Assembly (NCBI GenBank): GCA_002269645.1 | Contig: NIVC01000350.1 | Span: 124,001 to 188,000, forward strand | DNA length: 64,000 nucleotides | From: Macrostomum lignano | Taxonomy: Eukaryota | Direction: 5' to 3' | Part shown: positions 1-39,940 of the stretch, one piece after another | How positions within the stretch are numbered: position 1 is the first letter of the stretch | How the letters are laid out: every line of letters begins with the position of its first letter | Notes under the pieces: generated by a model | Told to the model about the DNA's origin: nothing | The model's database searches: none | Seen by the model: the letters and a program-made list of their open reading frames with translations, nothing else | Program-made: the position numbers and the translations under genes

Positions 1-215
1 CCCTAGGGTGGGATCCCGCTGCCCTAGGGTGGGATCCCGCTGCCCCTAGGGTGGGATCCCGCTGCCCCTAGAGTGGGATCCCGCTGCCCCTAGGGTGGGA
101 TCCCGCTGCCCCTAGAGTGGGATCCCGCTGCCCCTAGGGTGGGATCCTGCTGCCCCTAGGGTGGGATCCCGCTGCCCCTAGGGTGGGATCCCGCTGCCCC
201 TAGGGTGGGATTCCA
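1..215. repeat. Minisatellite, 22-23 bp (CCCTAGGGTGGGATCCCGCTGC)
   Basis: Directly visible tandem units. Confidence 0.95.
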
Positions 216-235
216 GTAGCCACCACTAGTGGAAT

Positions 236-633
236 CATCTGTCATCCTGGGATCAACTGTCACTTGAGATTAACTGTCACCTGGAATCACCTGGGATTAC
301 CAGTAATAACTTATCACCCGAGACTACCTATGATAACCTGTCACCCTGGATTACCTGTGATAACTCTAACCTGTCACCTGGGATCACCTGTCACCTGGGA
401 TTACCTGTCACCTGGGATCACCTGTCACCTGGGATCACCTGTCACCTGGGATTACCTGTCACCTGGGATCACCTGTCACCTGGAATCACCTGGAATCACA
501 TGTCACCTGGAATCACCTGGGATCACCTGGGATCACCTGTCACCTGGGATCACCTGGGATCACCTGTCACCTGGAATCACCTGGAATCACCTGTCATCTG
601 GAATCACCTGGGATCACCTGTCACCTGGGATCA
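236..633. repeat. Degenerate GTCACCTGGGATCACCT tandem repeat
   Basis: Directly visible; ends about 60 nt before the acceptor at 694. Confidence 0.9.
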
Positions 634-694
634 CCAATGAATTCTGGCAACCTAAATCATAAAAAAGCATTCCCAACTGCCCTCACTCGAACAG

Positions 695-11956
<11,262 letters not shown>

Positions 11957-12464
11957 GCTGTCATGGATATGAAAGTGTCCGAGTGCTTTTTGGGGAATGA
12001 GACGGCTTCCCATTGTCGTTTTGGGGAATGAGACGGCTTCCCAGTGTCGTTTTGGGGAATGAGAAGGGACCCGAGTGTTTATCGGTGATAAGATCTAAAC
12101 GCGTTTTGTAGAATAACATTTTATTTTTAAAGAGCTGTTTGTTACAAAGGCTGAGAAGAAATTAGGGAGCATGCTTACGAAGCAAGTACCGCCTTGGGCA
12201 TGGGAAAATCTCATCAATACAGCGCATGCAGCACTGCCCATTGCTGCCTCAAAGCAGTTTATCCGAAATCAATGAAAACTCAATAGGGGCCTATTCAAAG
12301 CAGAAAAAGCAGTTCGATAGAAATTCATATAAATTTCTGCTATACCTGTAGAAGCACTGCTTTTTCTCATTCAAGATTTTTTCACAAACCTTCGATATTT
12401 TGATTACAAGATAGGGCAGGAGACGTTAAAGCAGCAAATTTGAGTAATGAGTATGAGTGTGAAA

Positions 12465-12810
12465 ATGAGTATGACTCATCACACAATGAGAATAACTCAT
12501 CAACCCATGGGTATTACTCATCACCTCATGAGTATGACTCATCAACCCATGAGTATGACTCATCAACTCATAAGTATGACTCATCAACTCATAAGTATGA
12601 ATCATCAACCCATGAGTTTGACTCATCAACCCATGAGTATGACTCATCAACCCATGAGTATGACTCATCAACCCATGAGTATGACTCATCAACCCATGAG
12701 TATGACTCATCAACCCATGAGTATGACTCATCAACCCATGAGTATGACTCATCAACCCATGAGTATGACTCATCACCTCATGAGTATGACTCATCAACCC
12801 ATGATTATGA
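12465..12810. repeat. Minisatellite, 21 bp (GAGTATGACTCATCAACCCAT)
   Basis: Directly visible; units contain ATGACTCAT. Confidence 0.95.
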
Positions 12811-12925
12811 CTTGTACTTTATACATGTAAGCGTAATTCATCACCACATTCGAATGTGACTCATCTCCAATAATTGTGCCTCATCATCCCAAAAGTGTCA
12901 CCCAACCAAACCGCTCCCTTGTCAG

Positions 12926-27654
<14,729 letters not shown>

Positions 27655-27799
27655 ATATAGGGCGTTTTTAAGTAGTCCTCTATCGAGGTTCAGTCTAATC
27701 AACTATTTAACACTTATAAGCAATGATGCAGACGTGCTTAGCTCGACCCCAGCACCTCATCTGTTACCAGTTATTTCCTTCATTTAGACTGTCCTCTGC

Positions 27800-29045
27800 C
27801 TCCCTCCTTATCTGTCTCTTCACCTCAATCCCCCTCTGCCACCCTCCTCCTTATCTGTCTCTTCACCTCAATCCCCCTTTGCCACCCTCCTCCTTACCAG
27901 GTATCTGTCTCTTCACCTCAATCCCCCTCTGCCACCCTCCTCCTTATCTGTCTCTTCACCTCAATCCCCCTTTGCCACCCTCCTCCTTACCAGGTATCTG
28001 TCTCTTCACCTCAATCCCCCTCTGCCACCCTCCTCCTTATCTGTCTCTTCACTTCAATCCCCCTCTACCACCTCCTCCTTATCTGTCTCTTCACCTCAAT
28101 CTCCCTCTGCCACCTCCTCCTTATCTGTCTCTTCACTTTAATCTCCCTCTGCCACCCTCCTCCTTATCTGTCTCTTCACTTTAATCTCCCTCTGCCACCC
28201 TCCTCCTTATCTGTCTCTTCACTTTAATCTCCCTCTGCCACCCTCCTCCTTATCTGCCTCTTCACCTCAATCTCCCTCTGCCACCTCCTCCTTATCTGTC
28301 TCTTCACCTCAATCTCCCTCTGCCACCCTCCTCCTTATCTGCCTCTTCACCTCAATCTCCCTCTGCCACCTCCTCCTTATCTGTCTCTCCACCTCTGCCA
28401 CCTCCTCCTTATCTGCCTCTTCACCTCAATCTCCCTCTGCCACCCTCCTCCTTATCTGTCTCTTCACTTTAATCTCCCTCTGCCACCCTCCTCCTTATCT
28501 GCCTCTTCACCTCAATCTCCCTCTGCCACCTCCTCCTTATCTGTCTCTTCACCTCAATCCTCCTCTGCCACCCTCCTCCTTATCTGCCTCTTCACCTCAA
28601 TCCTCCTCTGCCACCCTCCTCCTTATCTGTCTCTCCACCTCTGCCACCTCCTCCTTATCTGCCTCTTCACCTCAATCTCCCTCTGCCACCTCCTCCTTAT
28701 CTGCCTCTTCACCTCAATCTCCCTCTGCCACCTCCTCCTTATCTGCCTCTTCACCTCAATCCCCCTCTGCCACCCTCCTCCTTATCTGCCTCTTCACCTC
28801 AATCCCCCTCTGCCACCTCCTCCTTATCTGCCTCTTCACCTCAATCCCCCTCTGCCACCCTCCTCCTTATCTGCCTCTTCACCTCAATCCCCCTCTGCCA
28901 CCCTCCTCCTTATCTGTCTCTTCACCTCAATCCCCCTCTGCCACCCTCCTCCTTATCTGTCTCTTCACCTCAATCCCCCTCTGCCACCCTCCTCCTTATC
29001 TGTCTCTTCACCTCAATCTCCCTCTGCCACCCTCCTCCTTATCTT
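27800..29045. repeat. CT-rich minisatellite, about 43 bp
   Basis: CCACCCTCCTCCTTATCTGTCTCTTCACCTCAATCCCCCTCTG units. Confidence 0.95.
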
Positions 29046-30217
29046 TCTCATTATCTCAGCACGAACATACCTTACGAGAACAAAACCTGAATCTTGTCAG
29101 TTAAATAGCTTACAAAAGGCAAGAAACTGAGCACTCTCTGAGCATTTTCATAATTTTCCCAATCTGGCGCCTCAATAATATTTGCTATTTTTACGAGTCC
29201 CAGCAGACAGCCCACTCACTAACTTCTATATAATATTTTATAAGTACACACAGTTATAGATTTCATATTTATGCGTGCATTTATTGGCATGCCGGAAAAA
29301 CGGTTTTGAACAGTTGTTTTTGTTTTGAATTGAAAACTCCCTATTCCATTCAGCAGTAGAAATTCTATAGATCAAGAGTAAAGGGACGCCTATCATTGAC
29401 AGATAAGGCACAATACACATTGTGATCAATAAACATAATTCATGTTCTCAGTATATATGCAAACCCGTTATGCACTTTCCTCGAACTGTGCGAAAGAAAA
29501 TGGATCAAACAGAAGGGACAGGAGGGGCTGAGGGGCCAGAAGGTAAGCAAACCTTCGAAAACCTTCGCAGTATCTAAAAGAATCCATGACAGATATAAAA
29601 AGTCCAGACAGGCATGTTTAAATTGTTCATAACACAAATTGGCAGAAGACTTCTGAGAACTGAAAACTACGGTCGTATAGCGAGTTTTTTTTCTGCTTGA
29701 GCAGTCAGTTTAATTTCTGCGCGACTTTCGCGGTTTCAGTTAGTTTATATAATTATCTATGTTTGAGAGTGCCAGAGCACTACTCTCAGTAGGCATTTAT
29801 ATTCGGTCCAAAAATTACAGTTCATTTGACCAAGCTGGAAATTGGGCGAGTAATAGCTAATGAGTAGTATATCCTGCAGATTTTTAGAAAGAAAAATAAA
29901 ATAGAATAGAATTAGAAATTTTATGGAAATTAAAGTAATTATAGCTGAAAAGTGAACAACTTAGCACTTTATAAACCTCGCTGTGTCGTAAATCCTCGAT
30001 TTTTTCACTGGCGACAAATCTCTACTTTTTATATTCATTTTTTCGTTGTTCTCTCAGCCTGATTGGCGCATATTAGTACTATTCAGTAGTCTAATAAGCG
30101 CTATATGCGATTCTTTTTCATTAAATTCACTAAACTATTGTAAACCCGCGCGCACTATACTTTTCAGTCAGTAGTATGATGAGTACATCGCATTCCGAGA
30201 TTTTAAGTGAGGTGCGC

Positions 30218-31404
30218 TCACTGCTCAGCTAGGGAGGACTCGGACTCGCACAGCGTCACCCGCCGATGCTCCAGACGCCAGCGCCTGTACTCAGAGCGGT
30301 GGCCGCGGCACACGAACCAGATCCAGAGCAGGAAGCCGGACAGCAGGAAAGGGGTCAGCACAATGCCAAAGCAAATCTCCCAGAAGGAGTACTGCCGCAG
30401 GCGAAGGTAGCGCAGCTCTCTGAAGTGCTGCAAAGCGGACACGGAGAGCAGATTGCAGTACACAATGAGCGGCAGCATCAGCAGGAGGCTGACCAAGTCT
30501 AGCAAAGCCACACAGTGGCAGCGTTTAGGGGCGTTCCGGATGTACTGTACCAGGCCCGGCTGGTCGATCACCACCGGCAGCGGCTGCAGGCACAGCTCGC
30601 AGTGCTGCTTCTTTGACAGGCCGAGCCAGCGGGTCAGGCAGTGCCGGTGGAGGCTCCCCACGGTGCCCTGGCAGGCGCAGAGGCGGCGCAGCGGTCCGGA
30701 TGAGGCGCCGTCCAGGCAGATCCGACAGACTGGAGTCTCGTCAGGCTTCTGGTGGTTGAGTAATGAGTACAAGCGTGTGTACAAATAGTGCAACCTGTTG
30801 ACTCTAGGCTACCTGGTTCATGGAACTTCATATCGTGGAGATCCGATTTCAAATGTGTCATTGGTGTGATGCAGCGGGTCACGGAGATTCGGACAGCTTG
30901 AGGTCATTTAGGATGATTAGGGTGATGAAAGTGAGAATATTTTAATGGCATCGAAGGCACTGCATCCAGGTTCTGAGGGTTACGATGCTGGGATAAAGTG
31001 ATGTAGATAAGCCTCTGATAAGGTGTCTTAGATCATTAATCTGAAGAGCTAAACTCAAATGTTAACTCAAAGGCTATTATTTTCTCCATAAAAGCTCTAC
31101 ACGGAAGCATGACGATCTGAATTACCTCATCATCTACTTCAGCATTGGGGGCAAGCAGGGTTGACTCAATCGCTCTAGCAGAGGTAGCGGCAGCGGAATC
31201 TGGACAGGCCCGATCTCCATCAATCGATGTAGCAGGATTGTAGGCATTGGAGGCATTGCCAGACAGTTGATCCATTGTTAAGCAGACAGACGGTGACTGC
31301 TCACTGCTAATGGTTGTCAGGGGATCATCAGTGTGCAAAGCCACTTCAGATGCATTACCGATAGCCGAAGTATGCGTCTCTGTTTGGTCGGAATCAGCAG
31401 CCAT
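30218..31404 (-). CDS. MARCH2/3-like RING-CH membrane E3 ubiquitin ligase (2 exons: 31126-31404, 30218-30748)
   Basis: RING-CH CRICLD..CACQGTVGSLHRHCLTRW..CELC, followed by two hydrophobic segments and YRRWR..RVTL. Donor gag|gtaatt and acceptor ccag|aag are both phase 0. Confidence 0.88.
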
Positions 31405-32121
31405 TATAACTTCAACTAACTAGCTAATTAGACTTCACAAACACCTTTACACAAAAATTATGAATAGCTATGTACAATGATCGTCAATTAAAAATGTATT
31501 TTAAACTTAAGACGATAAGCGCGAAAGATGCATACTTTTTGCGACTACGTTTCGCTCAGACACCATAGACTAACACATAGACATAGAAGTATTTGCCGAA
31601 GCACATGAAGCAGATCATCACAATTGATTTAATTGTACCCCAGTATAATTAAAATGATAAAAAGTATTAAGTCATGTCGCTTTCTTAGATGAATTATCAG
31701 TTATTAATTATCAATATTATCAGTAAACCATAAACAGTTTATTTTTATTTCATTTGCAATTAAATTAGCACAAGGGCAAAGACTTTGAAAAAAACGTCCA
31801 GTTTTAGTTTGTCAGTGAGCGCTATTAAATATCTACCGATCATTTAAAGCAATTGAAAAAAAGCCTTTCAAGCGATTGGCATTAGAAACTATAGTATTTT
31901 AATTTAATTACATACAGCTAGAAATGTGAACACTAAATTTTAAAGTAGTTAAATAGTTACTTAGAATGGAACCTTAAACTACAGCTGGGCTTCCATACTC
32001 GTATTCTAGAGGCTGCACAGTCGAACAACAGGGCCTACCGGTACTGTTTATTGAAATCCAACTTGTGTAGAGCTACTACATCGGCAACCGAAGATAATAA
32101 ATGACCATTCGCCAAAGCCTC

Positions 32122-32535
<414 letters not shown>

Positions 32536-32579
32536 CTAAACTCCCTCCTTGTGCAGGAGCAATTGCATAACGACTTTTG

Positions 32580-33610
32580 CTGAGGGGATTTATTCTGATG
32601 CTCGATTCCTGAGGGGATTCAATCTGATGGTGGATTTCTGAGAGGATTCATTCTGATGCTCAATTCCTGAGGGGATTTACTATGATGGTGGATTCCTGAG
32701 GGGATTTACTATGATGGTGGATTCCTGAGGGGATTTATTCTGATGTCAGATTCCTGAGGGGATTTCTCCGATGTCAGATTTCTGACGGGATTTATTCTGC
32801 TGTCAGATTCCTGATTGGATTTATTCTGATGGCCGATTCTGAGGGGATTTATTCTGATGGCCGATTCTGAGGGGATTTATTCTGATGGCCGATTCCTGAG
32901 GGGATTTATTCTGATGGCCGATTCCTGAGGGGATTATTTACTCTGATGCTCGATTCCTGATTGGATTTACTCTGATGTCAGATTCCTGAGGGGATTTATT
33001 CTGATGGCCGATTCCCGAGGGGATTTCTCTGATGTCAGATTCCTGAGGGGATTTATTCTGATGGCCGATTCCCGAGGGGATTTCTCTGATTTCAGATTCC
33101 TGAGGGGATTTATTCTGATGGTGGATTCCTGAGGGGATTTATTCTGATGGTGGATTCCTGAGGGGATTTATTCTGCTGTCAGATTCCTGAAAGGATTTAT
33201 TCTGATGGCCGATTCCTGAGGGGATTTATTCTGATGGCCGATTCCTGAGGGGATTATTTACTCTGATGCTCGATTCCTGATTGGATTTACTCTGATGTCA
33301 GATTCCTGAGGGGATTTATTCTGATGGCCGATTCCCGAGGGGATTTCTCTGATGTCAGATTCCTGAGGGGATTTATTCTGATGGCCGATTCCCGAGGGGA
33401 TTTCTCTGATTTCAGATTCCTGAGGGGATTTATTCTGATGGTGGATTCCTGAGGGGATTTATTCTGATGGTGGATTCCTGAGGGGATTTATTCTGCTGTC
33501 AGATTCCTGAAAGGATTTATTCTGATGGCCGATTCCTGAGGGGATTTATTCTGATGGCCGATTCCTGAGGGGATTTATTCTGATGGCCGATTCCTGAGGA
33601 GATTTATTCT
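32580..33610. repeat. Minisatellite, about 29 bp (TTCCTGAGGGGATTTATTCTGATGGCCGA) between the subunit c copies
   Basis: Directly visible. Confidence 0.93.
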
Positions 33611-34085
33611 CACGGATGATTCTCACAAAATATAATCCCGCAGCTAACAATGAAATATGTCAATACAAGGTGTAAGGAAGCAAATGACAAAGTCAAAACA
33701 GAATTCCACACACGCACACAGTTAGATCGTGGTCTTGCAGTGTAAATGTTTCATATATATTTGCTATAGCTTAAACAATGGCAAATAACTCTGTTACACA
33801 ATCGCTTCACACTACTGGGGTGGCATCTAAGTTATAGTTGAGATGATAATAAATGATCTAAAAGGAATACGGGTTTGTTTACTTATTGGGACTTAAATTA
33901 TTGATGAAAATTCGATTAAGTTACTATTAGGTTCTGTTCAGGTGGGCGTCTCTGCTTTAATGAATCTGAAAAGCAACAAACAAGTTTCTTAGGGTCTAAA
34001 AACAGCTTAACTCCTAGCCGGAGAACACTTGCTACTGCCAGTAGTCTTTTTAAGGGCTAAAAAATCCTGCATTCGCCAAAGCCTC

Positions 34086-34499
<414 letters not shown>

Positions 34500-34554
34500 T
34501 TATCGAAAACTATTTGCACTGTTTTGCAACCTTCATCGAAAACTGTTTGCACTG

Positions 34555-35342
34555 CTGTATTGGGTCCTGCTGGCCTCACCCTATTCACTCACTGGGTGCA
34601 CCTGGCCCTCACCCCATTCACTCAGTGGGTGCAGCTGGCCTCACCCTTTTCACTCAGTGGGTGCAGCTGGCCTCACCCTATTCACTCACTGGGTGCAGCT
34701 GCCCTCACCACATTCACTCACTGGGTGCAACTGGCCTTCACCCTATTCACTCACTGGGTGCAGCTACCCTCACCCCATTCACTCACTGGGTGCAGCTGGC
34801 CCTCACCCCATTCACTCACTGGGTGCAGCTGGCCTTCACCCCATTCACTCACTGGGTGCAGCTGGCCTTCACCCCATTCACTCACTGGGTGCAGCTGGCC
34901 CTCACCCCATTCACTCACTGGGTGCACCTGGCCTTCACCACATTCACTCACTTGGTGCAGCTGGCCCTCACCCCATTCACTCACTGGGTGCACCTGGCCT
35001 TCATCCCATTCACTCACTGGGTGCAGCTGCCCTCACCCCATTCACTCACTGGGTCCTGCTGGCCCTCACCACATTCACTCACTGGGTCCTGCTGGCCCTC
35101 ACCACATTCACTCACTGGGTGCAGCTGGCCCTCACCCCATTCACTCACTGGGTCCTGCTGGCCCTCACCACATTCACTCACTGGGTGCAGCTGGCCCTCA
35201 CCACATTCACTCACTGGGTCCTGCTGGCCCTCACCACATTCACTCACTGGGTGCAGCTGGCCCTCACCCCATTCACTCACTGGGTGCAGCTGGCCCTCAC
35301 CCCATTCACTCACTGGGTGCAGCTGGCCTTCACCCCATTCAC
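34555..35342. repeat. Minisatellite, 33 bp (GGGTGCAGCTGGCCCTCACCCCATTCACTCACT)
   Basis: Directly visible. Confidence 0.95.
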
Positions 35343-35599
35343 TCCAGTTTAGACGACTGTGAAATACACAAACGCAAAACAAGAACTGTTGATCAAAAAA
35401 ATGCCAAAACAGTTTATTTTTTCTTAGACACGGAAGACGAAAAAACAAAAGTTAAAGGCAGATAGCTGAAGAACGAACTAGCTTAACTTGTAGAAACCTG
35501 AAGGAAAATGCGTGGAAACTTATTAAATAACAGGAAAAGTAGAACAGAGGGTGAGGTTGGTAAACAGGGAGTAGCGTCAAAAAAGAAACTCCACCATCT

Positions 35600-36151
35600 T
35601 CACATCTCATTCTCCAGCTGTGGCTGCTGGCCAGCTACCACGCTAGGCAGTTGGCTAGCGATCCGATTAATTTTATCAGCGGCCAACTCCATCTGGGCGT
35701 CGCTTTCAGCGGCAGCCTTGGCCAGGTCTTCGCTCAGCGACGGCGGCGGCACAGTCGACTCCGGAGACGGCGGCGACCAGGGCAGCGAGGCGAACAGGCG
35801 ATCAACAAAGCCGCAAGCGGAATCGTTCAACCGATTGCGAGTGGCCCGGCCAACATTCAGCAGCTTGGACAGCTCCTCGGTGGCCTCAGTTGCCGTTTGC
35901 TGTGCCTCAGCGGCCAGGCGCTCCCAGTGCTGCAACTCGCGGCGTTGAACCTCTTGACGGTGCTCCAGGGAAGCAAGCTGCTCTCTGGCCTGCTCAGTGC
36001 GCTGCTCAGCATCGGTGGCTTGCCGGACCATTTCAGATAGGAAATACTCCAGATCGCCGCGTCGTCTGCGAGCCTCCAGCAGGGCCCGCTCGGATATCTG
36101 CAGGCGCTGGTCAAGCCGGTGCATTGATTCCGCGGTGTCAAAGTTGTCCAT
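35600..36151 (-). CDS. Hypothetical coiled-coil protein
   Basis: GC-rich open frame from ATG at 36151. E/Q/R/A/L-rich heptad-like N-terminal part, then a P/S-rich linker. No recognised family motif. Confidence 0.6.
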   Translation of the reverse strand: MDNFDTAESMHRLDQRLQISERALLEARRRRGDLEYFLSEMVRQATDAEQRTEQAREQLASLEHRQEVQRRELQHWERLAAEAQQTATEATEELSKLLNVGRATRNRLNDSACGFVDRLFASLPWSPPSPESTVPPPSLSEDLAKAAAESDAQMELAADKINRIASQLPSVVAGQQPQLENEM

Positions 36152-39100
36152 GGCAGTAGGAATAGTTTTACAGCGAGAGATTGAATTACATCGACCCTCT
36201 GAAATTGAAGCATAAAACTTAATTTCTCGTGTCCTAGTGTTTGGCCATAGTAGTAAATCCTGCAATAGGCATAGTCAAAGGCTAAACTATTTATAATATG
36301 ATTTTAGAATATTATTAATATGGCTTATGGCAAATTACTATGGCAAAATATGTATGTACAGCATTGCAGTTACTTTAAATATGCCTACAAAAACAACAAC
36401 TATGCCTATGGTATTGCCAAATTACATTTATGTATCTTTAAATAACAAAGAAATTAAACAAAACTATTATAAATACTAATAAGCTTAAAATTAATATAGA
36501 TTAAAAAACAAATCTAAAGTTGAAAAATCAATCAAGTAGCCAAATTTTTAACAAAATGTTGATTAACAATGATTTTACTAAAGTGACATTTGCCAAAATG
36601 TCTTGTTACTAAAAAATTGAAACTTAAAAAATGTTAATCTAACTCTTAAGGCCTTTAAATAAATTAAAATTTTATACATTTACTATAAAACCATTTTAAA
36701 TATATAATTAGATTGTTAAAGACTTAATTTAAAAAATCCTTAAGAATATATAAGTATAAGAATTAAATTCTAAGCTTATTATAATAACACTTACAGGTAA
36801 TTAGCATAAGCAATGATCTTTTACTTTTACACATTTAATTATTTTCCTAGAAATTTATTTCTATTCAGTTAAATGATGAATACTTATTACTATAACAGAT
36901 TCAATGGAAAGATTGATGGATTTTAATAGATAAATTGTTAATTGTCAATTAGTAAAATTTGTAAATATATATTCTTATAGATAAGCAAAGCAAAAACAGT
37001 TCTCCTTTTAAATGTAGATAGGAGGCAAGCAGAATTTCCACTAAGCCTAAAAATTTATTTATGCAAAAAGAAAATTTCTGCATACCCATTTTTTTATAAT
37101 CCTATACTCCAAAAAAGGTCCCAGAAAGGCATTAAAATTAACTCAAGGTAAGGCTAAAAAACTTATTAAGTAAATTACATTTTCAAATATTCTCCAGTAT
37201 TTTTTGAAAATATTAAAAGTTAAACTATTAAGTACCAAACAAAAGATATCAAATTTAGTATAAAATTAAAAACTTTACTTGGCCTCTTTATACAGCTATG
37301 TACAAATTCATTTTAATGGCTTCTAGTCAATCTGGCAACAAGACAATCTAGCAATAAATGCTAGAGGCCATATTAGTGATAGATCCAAATATTTAGATTT
37401 AGAATCTGAATCCAAAAAAGTCTCACTTTTTTAGAAATCTGACTGTTTTGGAAATTTTATTTCCCAAATTTCCAAATATGTTTCTGAATATGAAAAAAAA
37501 ATAAAATACAAACAAAAGTATGCAAGTGTAAAAGAAGTACAACTTTTGAAAAAAGGAAGTAAATTAAAAAAATTGTCTGTTTTTGCAATAACATAAAAAT
37601 TCATATATAGCACTAATACAATCACTAATTAGATGATGAGGCATTTTTGTCATTGAAAGGTGTCATAGTTATTCTTGCCATTTACCTTTTACTTTTTGTC
37701 TAGGCCTAAATATTTAAAACATACTCGGATACTCATATTCAAATTTGGAATTTTTTGTACATTTGGATTTGGTTTCAGAACTTTGCAAAAATCTACATTT
37801 GGTCCATCACTAGGCTAGATAATTAAGTTCCAAGACTGAAAGTATCCAAGTTCCAAGATTGAAAATGTCAAATATAGGCCTATAAAGTACTTAAGTTTTA
37901 TAGGCAAAAGTTTAGGTATAGGCCTACACGACAGTATGCCAAAAATTTCTAACTCTTGATTATTAAGTTACACTGATAAGCCAATAAAAATTTATGCTTA
38001 GGTTAGGTGGAACCTAAGGATTCACCTAGACATTTTTATTGGCATTACACATGTAAGTTGTTATTGGACAAAATAATAGTCATTGTCATATGTTTACTCT
38101 TAGCCAATAGGCCTAGCAACTTAATGTTTATTTTGCCAATAGAAATGGCCAGGTGATTCCTTACCTAAGGTTGCACATGTATAAAAAATTAATAATATAA
38201 AAAAATGTTTAAGAGTAATCATTGTCATTGATCAAACAAAACTTAGAATATAACTTAACAATAACCCAAACCTTGAAGTTGAGGCACTTTCAAAAATACA
38301 AGACAATAAAAAATTTACAAACATAAGAAATATAAAAAATACTAATGGACATACAATAGGCTATATCATTTTATATTGATATTGATTAATAAATTGTCTT
38401 CAAATTAACTATTCATATGGACTGGTAGGCCTAGTCTAGTACAAATACAAATGAGTATTTATTTCTATATTTAGATTAGGTTAATTAGGCACAGGTTCAA
38501 TAAGATAGATTGACTAATTTGATTATATACATAAAATTAACTTAAATATTATTAGAGCAATTCATTCTTAAACAAGAGCAATAATTAGTGCCCGAAATCG
38601 AAATTATTTTTAGAGAGAGACAAGGGCTGTGTTTGCACCCTATTATTGCCACACAACCAACATTAACAACTTTCCACCAATACACCTAAGCAGGTACACA
38701 AGTGCCCAGATACATGCAGCCATATTCAAAGGCATATACTCGAACACAGGGAGGTTCGGGCCGGGATCGTCATATGTAATGCTTAACGGCCCTAAATTTC
38801 GGTGCTTTAAAATATCAAGTTGTCCGTGAATACTCTACTTTTATAGCTATTCTTTATTCTAAAAATATTTTAATTTATTACAAAGAGCTCTCTTTTTTCT
38901 CTTGCAAATTATATGACGTTTCTGTATAATTTGAGCATATTGTATTTGTTTTTATCTTGATATACGGATTTGATACTGCATACGCGAGACACATGTGTTT
39001 ATAAAAATAAATGGTAAAAATAATTTCACATCTTACAACACATTTAAAATACGGTTAGGTCCTATCCATGTAATTTTAATGACTTAGATAGTAGTTGAGG

Positions 39101-39799
39101 CTGCTCTGCTGTCATTTTCCATCTACCAAGCGGCAAATGCAAGGACCACTGTATATACAAATGGGGGACGTCTTTTGGCATATGCATGCAATTCGAACCT
39201 GAGGAGATAATAATTAAGACCTTTAAAACCAACTATACATAAACTGTTTGCTTGCTTGCTTGCAGTGCAATTATCATAATATCCTATTTTTGTTTTTAAC
39301 ACGATCTGGCCGCCGCGTGATCGGAATTGTCTCGTTTCTAGCTATATGGCAAAAAAGGACCACGATATATGATTAGGACGCATCTTTTTGCAATCTTAAA
39401 ACCGCACATTTCGCTTCTATGCGCTTTTCCCATACTGTCAGTAGGCTAGCTTAGGAATCTCTCTCCATTCTCTCATCCAGGCTAAGTTCTACACTAATTT
39501 ATGCCATCACTATTAATTATGATAAATACTCAATGTACTTCTCTTAGGATTCTAATTTTGGATTGTTTACGCATCTTTGAAAGTCAGACTGTCTGACTTG
39601 AACCCCATTCTGACCCCCAGATTTGCGGTTTTTTCACTGTTTTCAGTGATTTATAGCGGTCTAGCTGTCACTTTTGGCTCCAGCCTGTCTGGGTCAAAGA
39701 GGTCTTTCCAGCTTTCTCCCCACTAGCTCTGTTACTTTCTCTTTTAATCTTCCCTGGGGTCTGAAGGCCACCTGGTGGGGTGGGTTTTGGGGTCTTGAG

Positions 39800-39940
39800 C
39801 TCAGCCAATCAGAGTCGACCTGACTGCCCCCGGCTCGACCAATCAGAAAATTTGGCGCCTATTTTAACAAAAGCTCTCAACCAATCAGAAAATTCGGCGC
39901 GCGTTATAACAAATCGGCCGCTTGAGAGCTATAAAAGGCG
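39800..39940 (+). promoter_or_regulatory. Three CCAATCAG boxes followed by a TATA box
   Basis: gccaatcaga, accaatcaga, accaatcaga, then tataaaagg at about 39930. No downstream ORF. Confidence 0.55.

Noticed and set aside
12440-12859. HEYDSST-repeat ORF as a real repetitive protein
   Set aside because: A 21-bp unit is open in several frames by construction, with no splice or start context linking it to a gene.
29238-29429. Short hydrophobic minus-strand ORF resembling a TM tail
   Set aside because: All frames from the nearest acceptor hit stops; more likely 3' UTR or intergenic sequence downstream of the MARCH gene.
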